From a virus (taxonomy: Duplodnaviria > Caudoviricetes): a DNA stretch of 30,102 bases. Below the pieces are notes generated by a model, which did no database searches, was not told where the DNA came from, and saw only the letters and a list, made by a program, of their open reading frames with translations. The number at the start of each line of letters is the position of its first letter. Position 1 is the stretch's first letter. Positions 1-7,827 of the stretch are shown here, one piece after another. The position numbers were made by a program, and so were the translations under genes. The stretch covers positions 1 through 30,102 of IMG/VR virus record IMGVR_UViG_3300030376_003544; one strand, given 5' to 3'.

Positions 1-838
1 TTAAACATTTAGGATAAGGTCTTGACTTGGTTCTTTGTCTTTCTTTAAACTGTTCCCAGATAGATTCACCTACTATTAAACCAGCGGGTGACCAGGTTTC
101 TGCATCCCAGTAGCTTTGTAGTAAACTCTTAGAGCCATGCTTTAGTAGTTGTTCACACGGATCTTTCTCTAATAGCTTAGCTACTTTAACTTTACCAGCA
201 CCAATTATCTTAGCAACTTTCTGTACTGCTGCTTGACCAGCTTCATCTTTATCAAAGAATAATATTACGGATTCAAACTTTCTAATCCATTCTCTCTGCT
301 CAAGTACAACCTTACAACCTGATGCACTTGGTATAGATACTACAGGAAATATTCTATTGTATTTATCTAGGAAACTTTGTGCCACTGCACATGCATCTAG
401 CTCGCCTTCAGTTATTACAAGTGTCTTACCACCGTTACTTACTGCTTGACCGAACAATTCTATATTAGTAAAGTTACCGTGTGCTAGAAAACTTTTAGGT
501 AACTTACGTTCTTTAAATGCAATCACTTTACCATCATACTTATTTGTATACGGATAGAAGTGTGAACCACCGGAACCGTCAGGATTTACTGCCATCTTAA
601 TTCCGAAGTGATCTACTACTTGTTTACTTATACCACGAGAAGTAATTGCAAAACTATTTAACTCATGGATTTCATCGAGTGTTATGCTGCTATTAGGTTT
701 AGCAACAGGTTCTAAGTCATTCATATTATTTACTTTCTTAGTTGAATATTGACATGAAAAACAGTATGCGCCGTCTTCATAAATTGTAAACGCATCTGAT
801 GAATCACACTTTGGGCAGGCTGTCTGCTTGTAACTCAT
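1..838 (-). CDS. T7 gp4-like DNA primase/helicase, N-terminal part (runs off the window edge)
   Basis: Translated by hand from ATG at 838: MSYKQTACPKCDSSDAFTIYEDGAYCFSCQY (Cys4 Zn ribbon), then TOPRIM motifs LVITEGELDA and FFDKDEAG. Absent from the ORF track because there is no stop in the window. Confidence 0.93.
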   Translation of the reverse strand, partial: MSYKQTACPKCDSSDAFTIYEDGAYCFSCQYSTKKVNNMNDLEPVAKPNSSITLDEIHELNSFAITSRGISKQVVDHFGIKMAVNPDGSGGSHFYPYTNKYDGKVIAFKERKLPKSFLAHGNFTNIELFGQAVSNGGKTLVITEGELDACAVAQSFLDKYNRIFPVVSIPSASGCKVVLEQREWIRKFESVILFFDKDEAGQAAVQKVAKIIGAGKVKVAKLLEKDPCEQLLKHGSKSLLQSYWDAETWSPAGLIVGESIWEQFKERQRTKSRPYPKCL

Positions 839-1247
839 AATTAATTGTCCTTTCCAATAACTCTTTGTCATTTACTATTGTTAAAGGTAAAGCGTCTATC
901 CACTTTTCTACTTTCACATAGAGATATTCTTTACCTTTATTTGTTATGTGTTTATCTAATGTTATGTGATAAACTTTATTGTCATTAAACTTTTCAAAGA
1001 TACCTTGGTATGTATCTAACAGTGGCTTCACTACATTATCTAGGTCCGCCATTCTATTAGATACACCAGCAATAATCTCAAACTCCAGGAAATCTGAATC
1101 TTCAAAGGGCCATTCAACCCCTTGAAGTTCATCTCTCAATTCATTCTGATACTCTACGTACTTGATCTGCTTTATCGCTTTGTTCCTGTACGTCATCTGA
1201 TTTGCTGACAGAGGTTTCACCTTGAATGTGTGCTTTAATATCTTCAT
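804..1247 (-). CDS. RusA-like Holliday junction resolvase
   Basis: N-terminal KPLSAN and the catalytic DLDNVVKPLLD...FNDNKV motif of the RusA family; replication context. Confidence 0.8.
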   Translation of the reverse strand: MKILKHTFKVKPLSANQMTYRNKAIKQIKYVEYQNELRDELQGVEWPFEDSDFLEFEIIAGVSNRMADLDNVVKPLLDTYQGIFEKFNDNKVYHITLDKHITNKGKEYLYVKVEKWIDALPLTIVNDKELLERTINYELQADSLPKV

Positions 1248-1956
1248 ATTCCGTCCATGTCGTTAGCATTCTTAGTAGCTTATGACTAAGATCTAACTGT
1301 TTCATAGTTTGTTCATGCTCTTTCCAAGTAGCTTTAATCTTATTCCATTGTCTTGCTAATGGTACACCAGCTAATATCTTTGCTGCTTTCTTAGGACCAA
1401 TACCTTTAAGACCTGGAATGTTATCTGTATTATCACCAGTTAAACATTGAAGATACAAATTATGTAAGGCTTCTTCTTCATTAATAAGTTGCCAAGTATC
1501 TTTACCATAGTTATAGTGATGACCTGGTATCTGTAATAAATCTTTATCAATACCACAGATTACATAGTCTTCTTTATTTTCTAGTGCTTCGTGTGCCCAG
1601 ATAGAAACTAAATCATCTGCTTCCATACCATCTGCTTGGACAGCACCTTTAGATACAGCATATTTATGTAGATAATTTAAGCTATCTTTTATTTTCTTAT
1701 CAAGTTCAGGACGATTAGATTTATAATTAGGTGCTAAATCTTTTCTAAAGTTTCCTTTACCTTTAACTGCATATAAAACTACAAGCTTTTCTCTATCATC
1801 AAAAGGATTAATTAATTTATTAGATACTTCCATCTTCATATTATTACAGAAAGTATTGTAGCTTCGTCTTAATTCAGATTGATTCTTAGCTTTGTAAGCT
1901 ATCTTAAAGAATATAGAATCAGTATCTACCAACATAAACTTTTGAATTGGTTTCAT
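1141..1956 (-). CDS. 5'-3' exonuclease (T7 gp6/FEN-like)
   Basis: Motifs LVDTDS, NFRKDLAPNYKSNR, EADD, IDKDLLQIPG, and the H3TH motif GDNTDNIPGLKGIGPKKA. Confidence 0.93.
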   Translation of the reverse strand: MKPIQKFMLVDTDSIFFKIAYKAKNQSELRRSYNTFCNNMKMEVSNKLINPFDDREKLVVLYAVKGKGNFRKDLAPNYKSNRPELDKKIKDSLNYLHKYAVSKGAVQADGMEADDLVSIWAHEALENKEDYVICGIDKDLLQIPGHHYNYGKDTWQLINEEEALHNLYLQCLTGDNTDNIPGLKGIGPKKAAKILAGVPLARQWNKIKATWKEHEQTMKQLDLSHKLLRMLTTWTEYEDIKAHIQGETSVSKSDDVQEQSDKADQVRRVSE

Positions 1957-2459
1957 TTAGTTTTCCTTTCATCTTTTATTGTATACTTAGAAGTGTTAGG
2001 TGTTTGTTCTAAATACTTACGAACATCTGCATAGAATCCATTAAACTTAGAAGGTTTAATTAGATCTACTAATTCCCAGTACTCTAATATACCTAGGGTA
2101 TTTACTTTAACTGTATCTCCTGGAGTTAATAAACGCTGAGGTCTTTCATTCCATTCACAGAATATAAAAGCATTTGTTAATTCTCTTTGCTTTAATAAGT
2201 AAATCATTTTATTACATGGTATATTGTACCAGGTTTTAATAAACTTAACATCAACATTACCCCAGATCTGATCGACACCATCAACTTGCCAAGCATCATG
2301 GTCTTTCCATGTACCTCTATCAATTAAGTGCCACTCAAATATCTCGCATTCAATATCAAGTTTTAATTGTTCAAGCGAACGTCCTCTAGGATTATACTTT
2401 TCTGAACGTGCTTCTCTCTGATTAACAAAGTCTTTTGTTACATTAATTTCTACTATCAT
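1953..2459 (-). CDS. Putative PD-(D/E)xK endonuclease resembling T4 DenB (endonuclease IV)
   Basis: E...W...VDG...VDVK core and C-terminal LVDLIKPSKFNGFY, similar to my recollection of the DenB C-terminus (LRKVVRKSNYNGWY). Confidence 0.5.
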   Translation of the reverse strand: MIVEINVTKDFVNQREARSEKYNPRGRSLEQLKLDIECEIFEWHLIDRGTWKDHDAWQVDGVDQIWGNVDVKFIKTWYNIPCNKMIYLLKQRELTNAFIFCEWNERPQRLLTPGDTVKVNTLGILEYWELVDLIKPSKFNGFYADVRKYLEQTPNTSKYTIKDERKTK

Positions 2460-4303
2460 TAGTGAACCTCCGCATAGTTATTACCGATTGTACCTTCACC
2501 TGCCATGATTGTAACTCCTACTTTCTTAGGACCTTCAGCAAATGATTCTATTAGAATTTCTAATACACGATCAGCGTGTTCTTCTTTAACTGACCAAGCT
2601 ACTTCATCATGATAATAAAGTCGGGGTTCAGCATCCAGCTTTTCTTCTTTAATCTTATTCATTTGATAAGCTACTGCTGCTTTAGTTGTAATAGCTTCAC
2701 AACTTTGTAGTAAATAATTAAGTGTCTGATAATCCTGAGGTGTATATACTTTACGACCATCAAGACCAGGAACATAACCTTCAGTACTGCTTTGTGCATC
2801 TGTTGTATTCCATATAGAAACTAACTTATCTTTTAATGCTTTCAAACCAGGTATCGCATTACCGTATGCGTCAATAGATTCTTTACCTCGTTTAATATTA
2901 CCTACACCTGTTAATACTTTACCAAGTTTAGTAGCACCAGCACCAAATAGAAATGCATAGATCCAAGTCTTTGCAGTACGTCTATCAGTATCAATGATGT
3001 CTGCGTTATACTGATGTATATCTCCACTCATAATTTGGTTAGTGAGGTTATCATCTTTAGCATAATGTGCAAGAGATCTGAATTGATTACCACTAGAGTC
3101 AGCACCTACTATTTTTCTTCCAGGTTCTGCTGTTAATAATTCACGAAGTTCTTTACCAAGTTCAGCAGTTATTGCAGGTAGATTAGCGATAACTTCATGA
3201 CGACATCTAAATGTAGGCGTACCTACTACCCAGAGTTTACCATGTAATCTTCTACCGAACTGTAGGTTTTCTATCCAACCTTCTACTACACCACGTCTAG
3301 ATCTAAGTGTTGTCCAATGATGTATAGCAGATCCATCCCAACCTAATTTATCTAAAGAAGTTTTAGTTAGCTTAGGAGTTTTCTTAATGAACTCTCTACC
3401 TAATCTTTCCATCTTCCAATCATCAGGTTCCCATCCGATTGTGTAAAGATATTCTTTAACTTGTTCTAGATTACCTAGGTTTGCAGGCTTAGTTACTTTT
3501 CTTTGGAACTCTTTACCTGCTGCCCAGACTTTAGTGTTCTCTGGTTTAACATCTATCTTTAGGTACTCACTTAACATACGTGCAGTAGCTGCAGTATAAT
3601 AACCTTTCTTAGTATACTTCGGTGTCTTTGGTTGCTTATCAATTAACCGAGTGACAGCTGGAAGTTTAGGCTCAACAATCTTTTCTATTTCATTCATTCG
3701 AGATTTAATTTTATCTAATAAATTCAATGCCTTATGCTTATCGAATGACCATCCATAGTATCTACAGTATGCATCGAATTTAGCAGTTGACATTTCATTC
3801 TTTAAACCTTCACGAATGAGGGGTTGCTTGTCAGCTAACTGTTTAAGTTCTTCCATTAAAATATTAAATATTTTAGTATTCAGTTTAACATCTCTTACGC
3901 AATAGTCCATCATCTTCTCAGAGAACTGTGACCAATCATCGTAATCTCCTTTGTGATATTTAAGATACTCACCCCATCCAGCTAACCCATGTTTATGTGG
4001 TCGTCTGTAATTTAATACTTGAGATGCTATCCATGTATCGAAGAACCTATCTCCATCATACAAATCAATATCATAAAGTTTCTTTATTATTAAAGCATCA
4101 AACCCTATTCCGTTATGTGCTACTAATAACTTTGCGTGTTGTAATAATGACAGACCCATCTTAATATTGCCATCATATTTTCTTTCAATATCTGTAGTGT
4201 CTGCGTATCTCATGATGCGACCAGTGTCTATGTCTTGTATGACTAGACACCAGATTTTAGTTGCATCAAGACCGTCTGTTTCTATATCAAACGTTAGTCT
4301 CAT
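2459..4303 (-). CDS. polA: Family A DNA polymerase with 3'-5' exonuclease domain
   Basis: ExoI FDIETDG, ExoII HNGIGFD, ExoIII YCVRDV; motif A DSSGNQFR, motif B RRTAKTWIYAFLFG, motif C YHDE. Start moved to ATG 4303, which follows an AGGAGA RBS. Confidence 0.96.
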   Translation of the reverse strand: MRLTFDIETDGLDATKIWCLVIQDIDTGRIMRYADTTDIERKYDGNIKMGLSLLQHAKLLVAHNGIGFDALIIKKLYDIDLYDGDRFFDTWIASQVLNYRRPHKHGLAGWGEYLKYHKGDYDDWSQFSEKMMDYCVRDVKLNTKIFNILMEELKQLADKQPLIREGLKNEMSTAKFDAYCRYYGWSFDKHKALNLLDKIKSRMNEIEKIVEPKLPAVTRLIDKQPKTPKYTKKGYYTAATARMLSEYLKIDVKPENTKVWAAGKEFQRKVTKPANLGNLEQVKEYLYTIGWEPDDWKMERLGREFIKKTPKLTKTSLDKLGWDGSAIHHWTTLRSRRGVVEGWIENLQFGRRLHGKLWVVGTPTFRCRHEVIANLPAITAELGKELRELLTAEPGRKIVGADSSGNQFRSLAHYAKDDNLTNQIMSGDIHQYNADIIDTDRRTAKTWIYAFLFGAGATKLGKVLTGVGNIKRGKESIDAYGNAIPGLKALKDKLVSIWNTTDAQSSTEGYVPGLDGRKVYTPQDYQTLNYLLQSCEAITTKAAVAYQMNKIKEEKLDAEPRLYYHDEVAWSVKEEHADRVLEILIESFAEGPKKVGVTIMAGEGTIGNNYAEVH

Positions 4304-4487
4304 TCTCCTTAGCCTTTCTGCTGGCATTAAGCTCAGCTTTAAGTTGTTGATTATCTTTCATTAAATTATCAAATACATTTAATAACAAGAATTTATTTTC
4401 ATCACCTATTATTGCTCGCCTAACATCATCAACCGTTACAGGATTGTTATTAGCAACATTAGTTTCTTGTAAATCTTCTTTACTCAT
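4287..4487 (-). CDS. Hypothetical protein
   Basis: 66-aa ORF tightly packed in the operon, with GAGGAG RBS. Confidence 0.6.
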   Translation of the reverse strand: MSKEDLQETNVANNNPVTVDDVRRAIIGDENKFLLLNVFDNLMKDNQQLKAELNASRKAKENETNV

Positions 4488-4489
4488 AC

Positions 4490-4993
4490 TTACTCCTCAT
4501 ATTGTAGGTTAGCTACATTATTTTTAAGTTCATTTTCTAAATCTCTTTTGTCTCTATCTTCAGGATTTAAAATGTCAGGTAGTATACCACAATCTTCTTT
4601 AGTTATGTTAGGTCCTACCCATCCTTCAGGTTTTACCATGTCTGGTAAACCAAATGGATTTTGCCTGGATTTATTTGCTCCAGGTTCTTTAGCCATATTA
4701 GAATGATGTATCTTATCCCATACTACATCAGCATTACATTTAAATAAATCTAATGTACCAATTGCAATAACAATAAGATCAATCAAACCATCTACAACTT
4801 CTTTAGAATCATTCTTAAAGAAAGCTGCTTGAGTTTCTTCGAATTCTTCTTCAAGAAAATCTAATCTGAATGCTAGAAAATCTTTTAATAATTTATAATT
4901 CTTTGAGTGGTGCATATTTTCTACCCACTCTGTTGCACCAAACTTATAGTGCATATCATTTATATCTGATAGCCATTCACTTTTTAAGGTCAT
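4490..4993 (-). CDS. MazG-like/PRA-PH all-alpha dNTP pyrophosphatase (DR2231-like)
   Basis: EEEFEE...EVVDGLIDL acidic helices, plus IHHSNMAK and MVKPEGWVGP. Confidence 0.85.
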   Translation of the reverse strand: MTLKSEWLSDINDMHYKFGATEWVENMHHSKNYKLLKDFLAFRLDFLEEEFEETQAAFFKNDSKEVVDGLIDLIVIAIGTLDLFKCNADVVWDKIHHSNMAKEPGANKSRQNPFGLPDMVKPEGWVGPNITKEDCGILPDILNPEDRDKRDLENELKNNVANLQYEE

Positions 4994-5768
4994 ACTTTAT
5001 AAACTCCTTATGTTTATAGTCTAATATATTTAAATCTGTAGGTTCAAAGTCTGCGAATTCATGTTGACGTAGCAAACTGTATAATGGTGGGGCTGTTATA
5101 GCTCTACTCATTTGCTCAGTTACTTTATCAAAATGTTCTTTATAAATGTGACAATCACCTATGATTAAATTAATTCTTCTTGGTTTTAGGTTACTAAGAC
5201 TTGCTATATTTGCTAAGAAAGTTGCTGCAAATATCATATCACTAGGAACACCAACCATCCAATCACCAGATCTTTGGTATACTGTTAAATCTAAATTAAA
5301 ATTATCTACGTAAAATTGATACATAAAATGACAGCATGGTAAGCTAGATGTATGTGTATTCTTAGGATTCCATGCATTTATTAACAGCCTACGATCTTGT
5401 GGATGGTTTCTTATATTGTATAGTAATTCTTCTACTTGATTAACGCCATTATAATCAACCCAACTATTACCGTAGTCAATGCGTAACTCGCCAGTATCAG
5501 GATCTCCGAACTCATTCCAATAATTACACCCCCATTTCTGAAAATCTTTTATATTTTTAGGTCCTCTAATTATTGCAGCGTATTCACCTAACACACTGTT
5601 AACATTCATTTTACGTGTTGTAATTACAGGAAATCTATCACCACTCATATCGAAATGTAATGTCTGAGTAAATAAAGATTTTACCCAGCCATTTCTAGTT
5701 TCTCTATAATCACCATACGTTAGTATCTCATCAGCTATACGTAAGTATTTGCTTTCATATCTAGTCAT
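4977..5768 (-). CDS. Thymidylate synthase-fold enzyme, predicted dCMP C5-(hydroxy)methyltransferase
   Basis: ThyA motifs FPVITTRK, DRRLLINAWNP, LPCCH, YQRSGD and GDCHIY. RSGDWMVGVPSD places Asp at the position equivalent to E. coli Asn177. Confidence 0.85.
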   Translation of the reverse strand: MTRYESKYLRIADEILTYGDYRETRNGWVKSLFTQTLHFDMSGDRFPVITTRKMNVNSVLGEYAAIIRGPKNIKDFQKWGCNYWNEFGDPDTGELRIDYGNSWVDYNGVNQVEELLYNIRNHPQDRRLLINAWNPKNTHTSSLPCCHFMYQFYVDNFNLDLTVYQRSGDWMVGVPSDMIFAATFLANIASLSNLKPRRINLIIGDCHIYKEHFDKVTEQMSRAITAPPLYSLLRQHEFADFEPTDLNILDYKHKEFIKYDLKK

Positions 5769-6043
5769 ATCTTTTTATTTTCTAGGTACGCTGCAAACAT
5801 TGCACAATAGACTGCCATATCTACAAGCGTATCTTCTAAAGATTCAAAGTTAATTTCTTTATCTTCATTTTCTGCTAAGCTACGCATACGTAAATACTTA
5901 GTATGAATCATATGCATATAAGATTTATTTCCATACGGAAAGTAATCTTCTTCTGTCCACATATCTCCTTGATAATCAGCTTGCTTCTTTTCTTTAAGCT
6001 CAGCTGCTTCATGTAAGATTGTTGATGCTGTTACTTTAGCCAT
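5765..6043 (-). CDS. DUF1599 / nucleotide-modification-associated (Nmad1-like) helical protein
   Basis: EKKQADY...IHTKYLRMRSL...ESLEDTLVDMAVY pattern. Start reassigned to ATG 6043, downstream of AAGGA. Confidence 0.75.
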   Translation of the reverse strand: MAKVTASTILHEAAELKEKKQADYQGDMWTEEDYFPYGNKSYMHMIHTKYLRMRSLAENEDKEINFESLEDTLVDMAVYCAMFAAYLENKKI

Positions 6044-6080
6044 CTTATATTTATTCCTTTCTGCAATTAATTTTGCATGT

Positions 6081-6212
6081 TTATTTAGTACGGTTATCTT
6101 TTTCATTTGTTTTCTTTCTGTTATATTTCTTTTTACTAGGTATAACTTTAGGACGATACTTAGGGTCTTTAAGTGTTTTAGCAATTGGATTTATTTTAAA
6201 AATTATTTTCAT
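6081..6212 (-). CDS. Small basic protein, ArfA-like
   Basis: Translated by hand: MKIIFKINPIAKTLKDPKYRPKVIPSKKKYNRKKTNEKDNRTK (43 aa), with GGGAG upstream. Confidence 0.55.
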   Translation of the reverse strand: MKIIFKINPIAKTLKDPKYRPKVIPSKKKYNRKKTNEKDNRTK

Positions 6213-6256
6213 TACTGCATACTCCCGGATGTGGGTTTTTAAAATAAGCAGGGGAA

Positions 6257-6271
6257 AGAGGCAACGCCTCT
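6257..6271. promoter_or_regulatory. Triloop hairpin element, copy 1 (AGAGGC-AAC-GCCTCT)
   Basis: One of six covarying copies; lies upstream of the minus-strand replication operon. Confidence 0.65.
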
Positions 6272-6272
6272 C

Positions 6273-6290
6273 TTAAACGTCCCCTAAAAG
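6273..6290 (+). promoter_or_regulatory. Putative phage late promoter TTAAACGTCCCCTAAAAG
   Basis: A near-identical motif precedes terL at 13717-13734, at a similar distance from the start codon. Confidence 0.55.
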
Positions 6291-6309
6291 ATATTTATGG
6301 AGGTTAATT

Positions 6310-6714
6310 ATGGGTTATGAAAAATGTGGTAAACACCCGAATTCTCTTGCACAACTTAGGCCAGTTATAGATTCTGAAACTGCTCGAGAGATGCAAGCAC
6401 GTGGCGCAGAGAAGCGCCGACAAAATAAAGCACTCCGAGATGCTATGAAGCTGTCAGCCTCCGAGTTTAAAAAAATTCGAGATGAAGTTATTACTGAAAT
6501 GCCATCAGCTGTTGACATTCTAAAAGTTCAGCTAGCAAAAGCGATACAAGTAGAAGATCAAGAGACAATTGAACGACTGGCCATAGCGTTAGCCGAGTAT
6601 GAACAGCCAAAGTTGCAACGTATTGATCAAACGAATCTAGCTTTAGATACGTCAGACATGTCTGAAGAAGATCTGCAACGTAAAATCGCTGAGCTGTCCG
6701 CCGCAAGTGACTAG
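6310..6714 (+). CDS. Putative terminase small subunit
   Basis: HPNSLAQLRP...ETAREMQARG N-terminus and YEQPKLQRID...DMSEEDL C-terminus typical of TerS-like proteins. GGAGG RBS; shares an upstream motif with terL. Confidence 0.6.
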   Translation: MGYEKCGKHPNSLAQLRPVIDSETAREMQARGAEKRRQNKALRDAMKLSASEFKKIRDEVITEMPSAVDILKVQLAKAIQVEDQETIERLAIALAEYEQPKLQRIDQTNLALDTSDMSEEDLQRKIAELSAASD

Positions 6715-6741
6715 TGTCGGATGTGGGGTTCTAAAAAATTT

Positions 6742-6795
6742 AAAAAAGCCTAGAGTACTGTCAGAATTCTGACAATATACTCTAGGCTTATTTTT
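6742..6795. terminator. Bidirectional rho-independent terminator
   Basis: AAAAAAGCCTAGAGTA-CTGTCAGAATTCTGACAATA-TACTCTAGGCTTATTTTT, between convergent transcription units. Confidence 0.8.
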
Positions 6796-6899
6796 GCAAT
6801 CTCACCAGGCCGAGTGAGCTCAAGGAACCTGTCAAGAGGAGTCGCGTGGTTATTTAATTTCGTCGCTACCGACTAGGAGGCCTTGACTCTCATTGCAAA
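6793..6899. ncRNA. Unidentified multi-stem structured RNA candidate
   Basis: TTTGCAAT/ATTGCAAA closing stem enclosing CTCAC/GTGAG, GTCAAG/CTTGAC and AGTCG/CGACT helices; GC-rich and non-coding. Confidence 0.4.
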
Positions 6900-6933
6900 T
6901 TAAAGGCAAAATCAATTACTTGCGCCTTTAAAC

Positions 6934-7009
6934 TGGGGTGACTATTGAGATTTGAACTCAAACTAACAGAATCACAATCTATCGTGCTAACCATTACACT
7001 ATAGTCACC
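6934..7009 (-). tRNA. tRNA-His (GUG)
   Basis: G-GTGACTA TA GTGT AATGGTTA GCAC G ATAGA TTGTGAT TCTGT TAGT TTGAG TTCAAAT CTCAA TAGTCAC C CCA. Full cloverleaf, G-1:C73 His identity element, encoded CCA. Confidence 0.95.
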
Positions 7010-7255
7010 ATATAAAATCTTAAAATACCAGAAGCAAATATAAACAATGCTACTGCATTAATAAATATTAAAGCTCGATCATGCCAAAGTAAACCAACGC
7101 ACAGCCAGCCTACAACACCTATAAGATGAAACATCATATTATAAGGTTCAATACTTGCTGATGTTAATAACATGCCTATAAGTATTATAATGCTGGCAGT
7201 CCATTTAATAAACCAAGACAGATCGTGCTTAGGCGTTACTTTGAAATCGTGCATT
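6994..7255 (-). CDS. Small membrane protein (DUF6552-like)
   Basis: Three hydrophobic helices with WFIKWTAS and LWHDRALI motifs. Start at the third Met (MHDFK) is inferred. Confidence 0.65.
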
Positions 7256-7471
7256 CTTTTGCTCATCTCGAAGTATTTGAATATAGTCGTAGGCATCTTT
7301 CTTATTCTTGAAAGAACCTAAAGGAACCCAGTGAGTTCCATTTACTTTTTGTTTAGTTTTAATTTCTTCTTTAGTTATTAAACCAAGATCTAAAGCTGTT
7401 GCTTTTGCAAATGCTCTTACTTTATTATCTACAGAAGATCTTTCAGAAACGTCGAAGTGAAATAATTTCAT
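7229..7471 (-). CDS. Hypothetical protein
   Basis: 80-aa ORF, translationally coupled to its neighbours. Confidence 0.6.
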   Translation of the reverse strand: MKLFHFDVSERSSVDNKVRAFAKATALDLGLITKEEIKTKQKVNGTHWVPLGSFKNKKDAYDYIQILRDEQKNARFQSNA

Positions 7472-7827
7472 TAGTGTAAAGCCTTTCTACCTAGAAATTC
7501 TATTTTAGGTCTTAAATCGCCGATAGTTAGTTCAGATTCTATGTCATTGCCTTCTTCATCAGTACCTACAACTAAACCTTTACCTGCTAATAATACAGGT
7601 TCTACATAGAAATTATTGTTAGTATATCTAAAGAAGTAATTCATGTTCAATAACATTCCTTCATCATCTACATATAAGTAATTACCATTATCATCTAAAC
7701 GGATACCAGAAATTGTACGAACACTTAAATTATCTTGAATCCATTCTAATCTAGAAAGTTCTTTATTTTTATCATACCAAACTTCTTTAATGGTTTCATT
7801 AATTGGATTTATAAGTATAGATCTCAT
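7471..7827 (-). CDS. DUF3846-like protein
   Basis: ILINP...LYVDDEGML...LAGKGLVVGTDEEG pattern. Confidence 0.7.
   Translation of the reverse strand: MRSILINPINETIKEVWYDKNKELSRLEWIQDNLSVRTISGIRLDDNGNYLYVDDEGMLLNMNYFFRYTNNNFYVEPVLLAGKGLVVGTDEEGNDIESELTIGDLRPKIEFLGRKALH

Noticed and set aside
1141-1247. 107-nt overlap of the exonuclease and RusA ORFs as a programmed frameshift
   Set aside because: No slippery heptamer or stimulator seen; it is more simply a non-conserved C-terminal run-on of the exonuclease.
4167-4364. Plus-strand 65-aa ORF (and similar shadow ORFs at 6073, 6315, 6491, 8025, 10899, 11986, 12099, 12507, 13698, 16438, 17932, 20012, 21450, 21935, 26308, 29446, 29806)
   Set aside because: Antisense or out-of-frame to well-supported genes, with no recognisable motifs and no convincing RBS noticed.
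4977-5768. Calling this gene thyA
   Set aside because: The specificity residue is Asp rather than Asn, so the symbol is withheld.
6044-6184. N-terminal extension of the 139-aa ORF
   Set aside because: It starts at TTG without an RBS and overlaps a better 43-aa ORF; the domain begins at Met 6043.
6880-6933. Theta/HDV-like ribozyme in the tRNA trailer
   Set aside because: Only a simple AT-rich hairpin follows the CCA; no nested double pseudoknot found.
6934-7009. tRNA as an attP/prophage integration site
   Set aside because: No integrase or repressor in the window, no duplicated tRNA fragment, and PolA is the Tyr762 lytic type.
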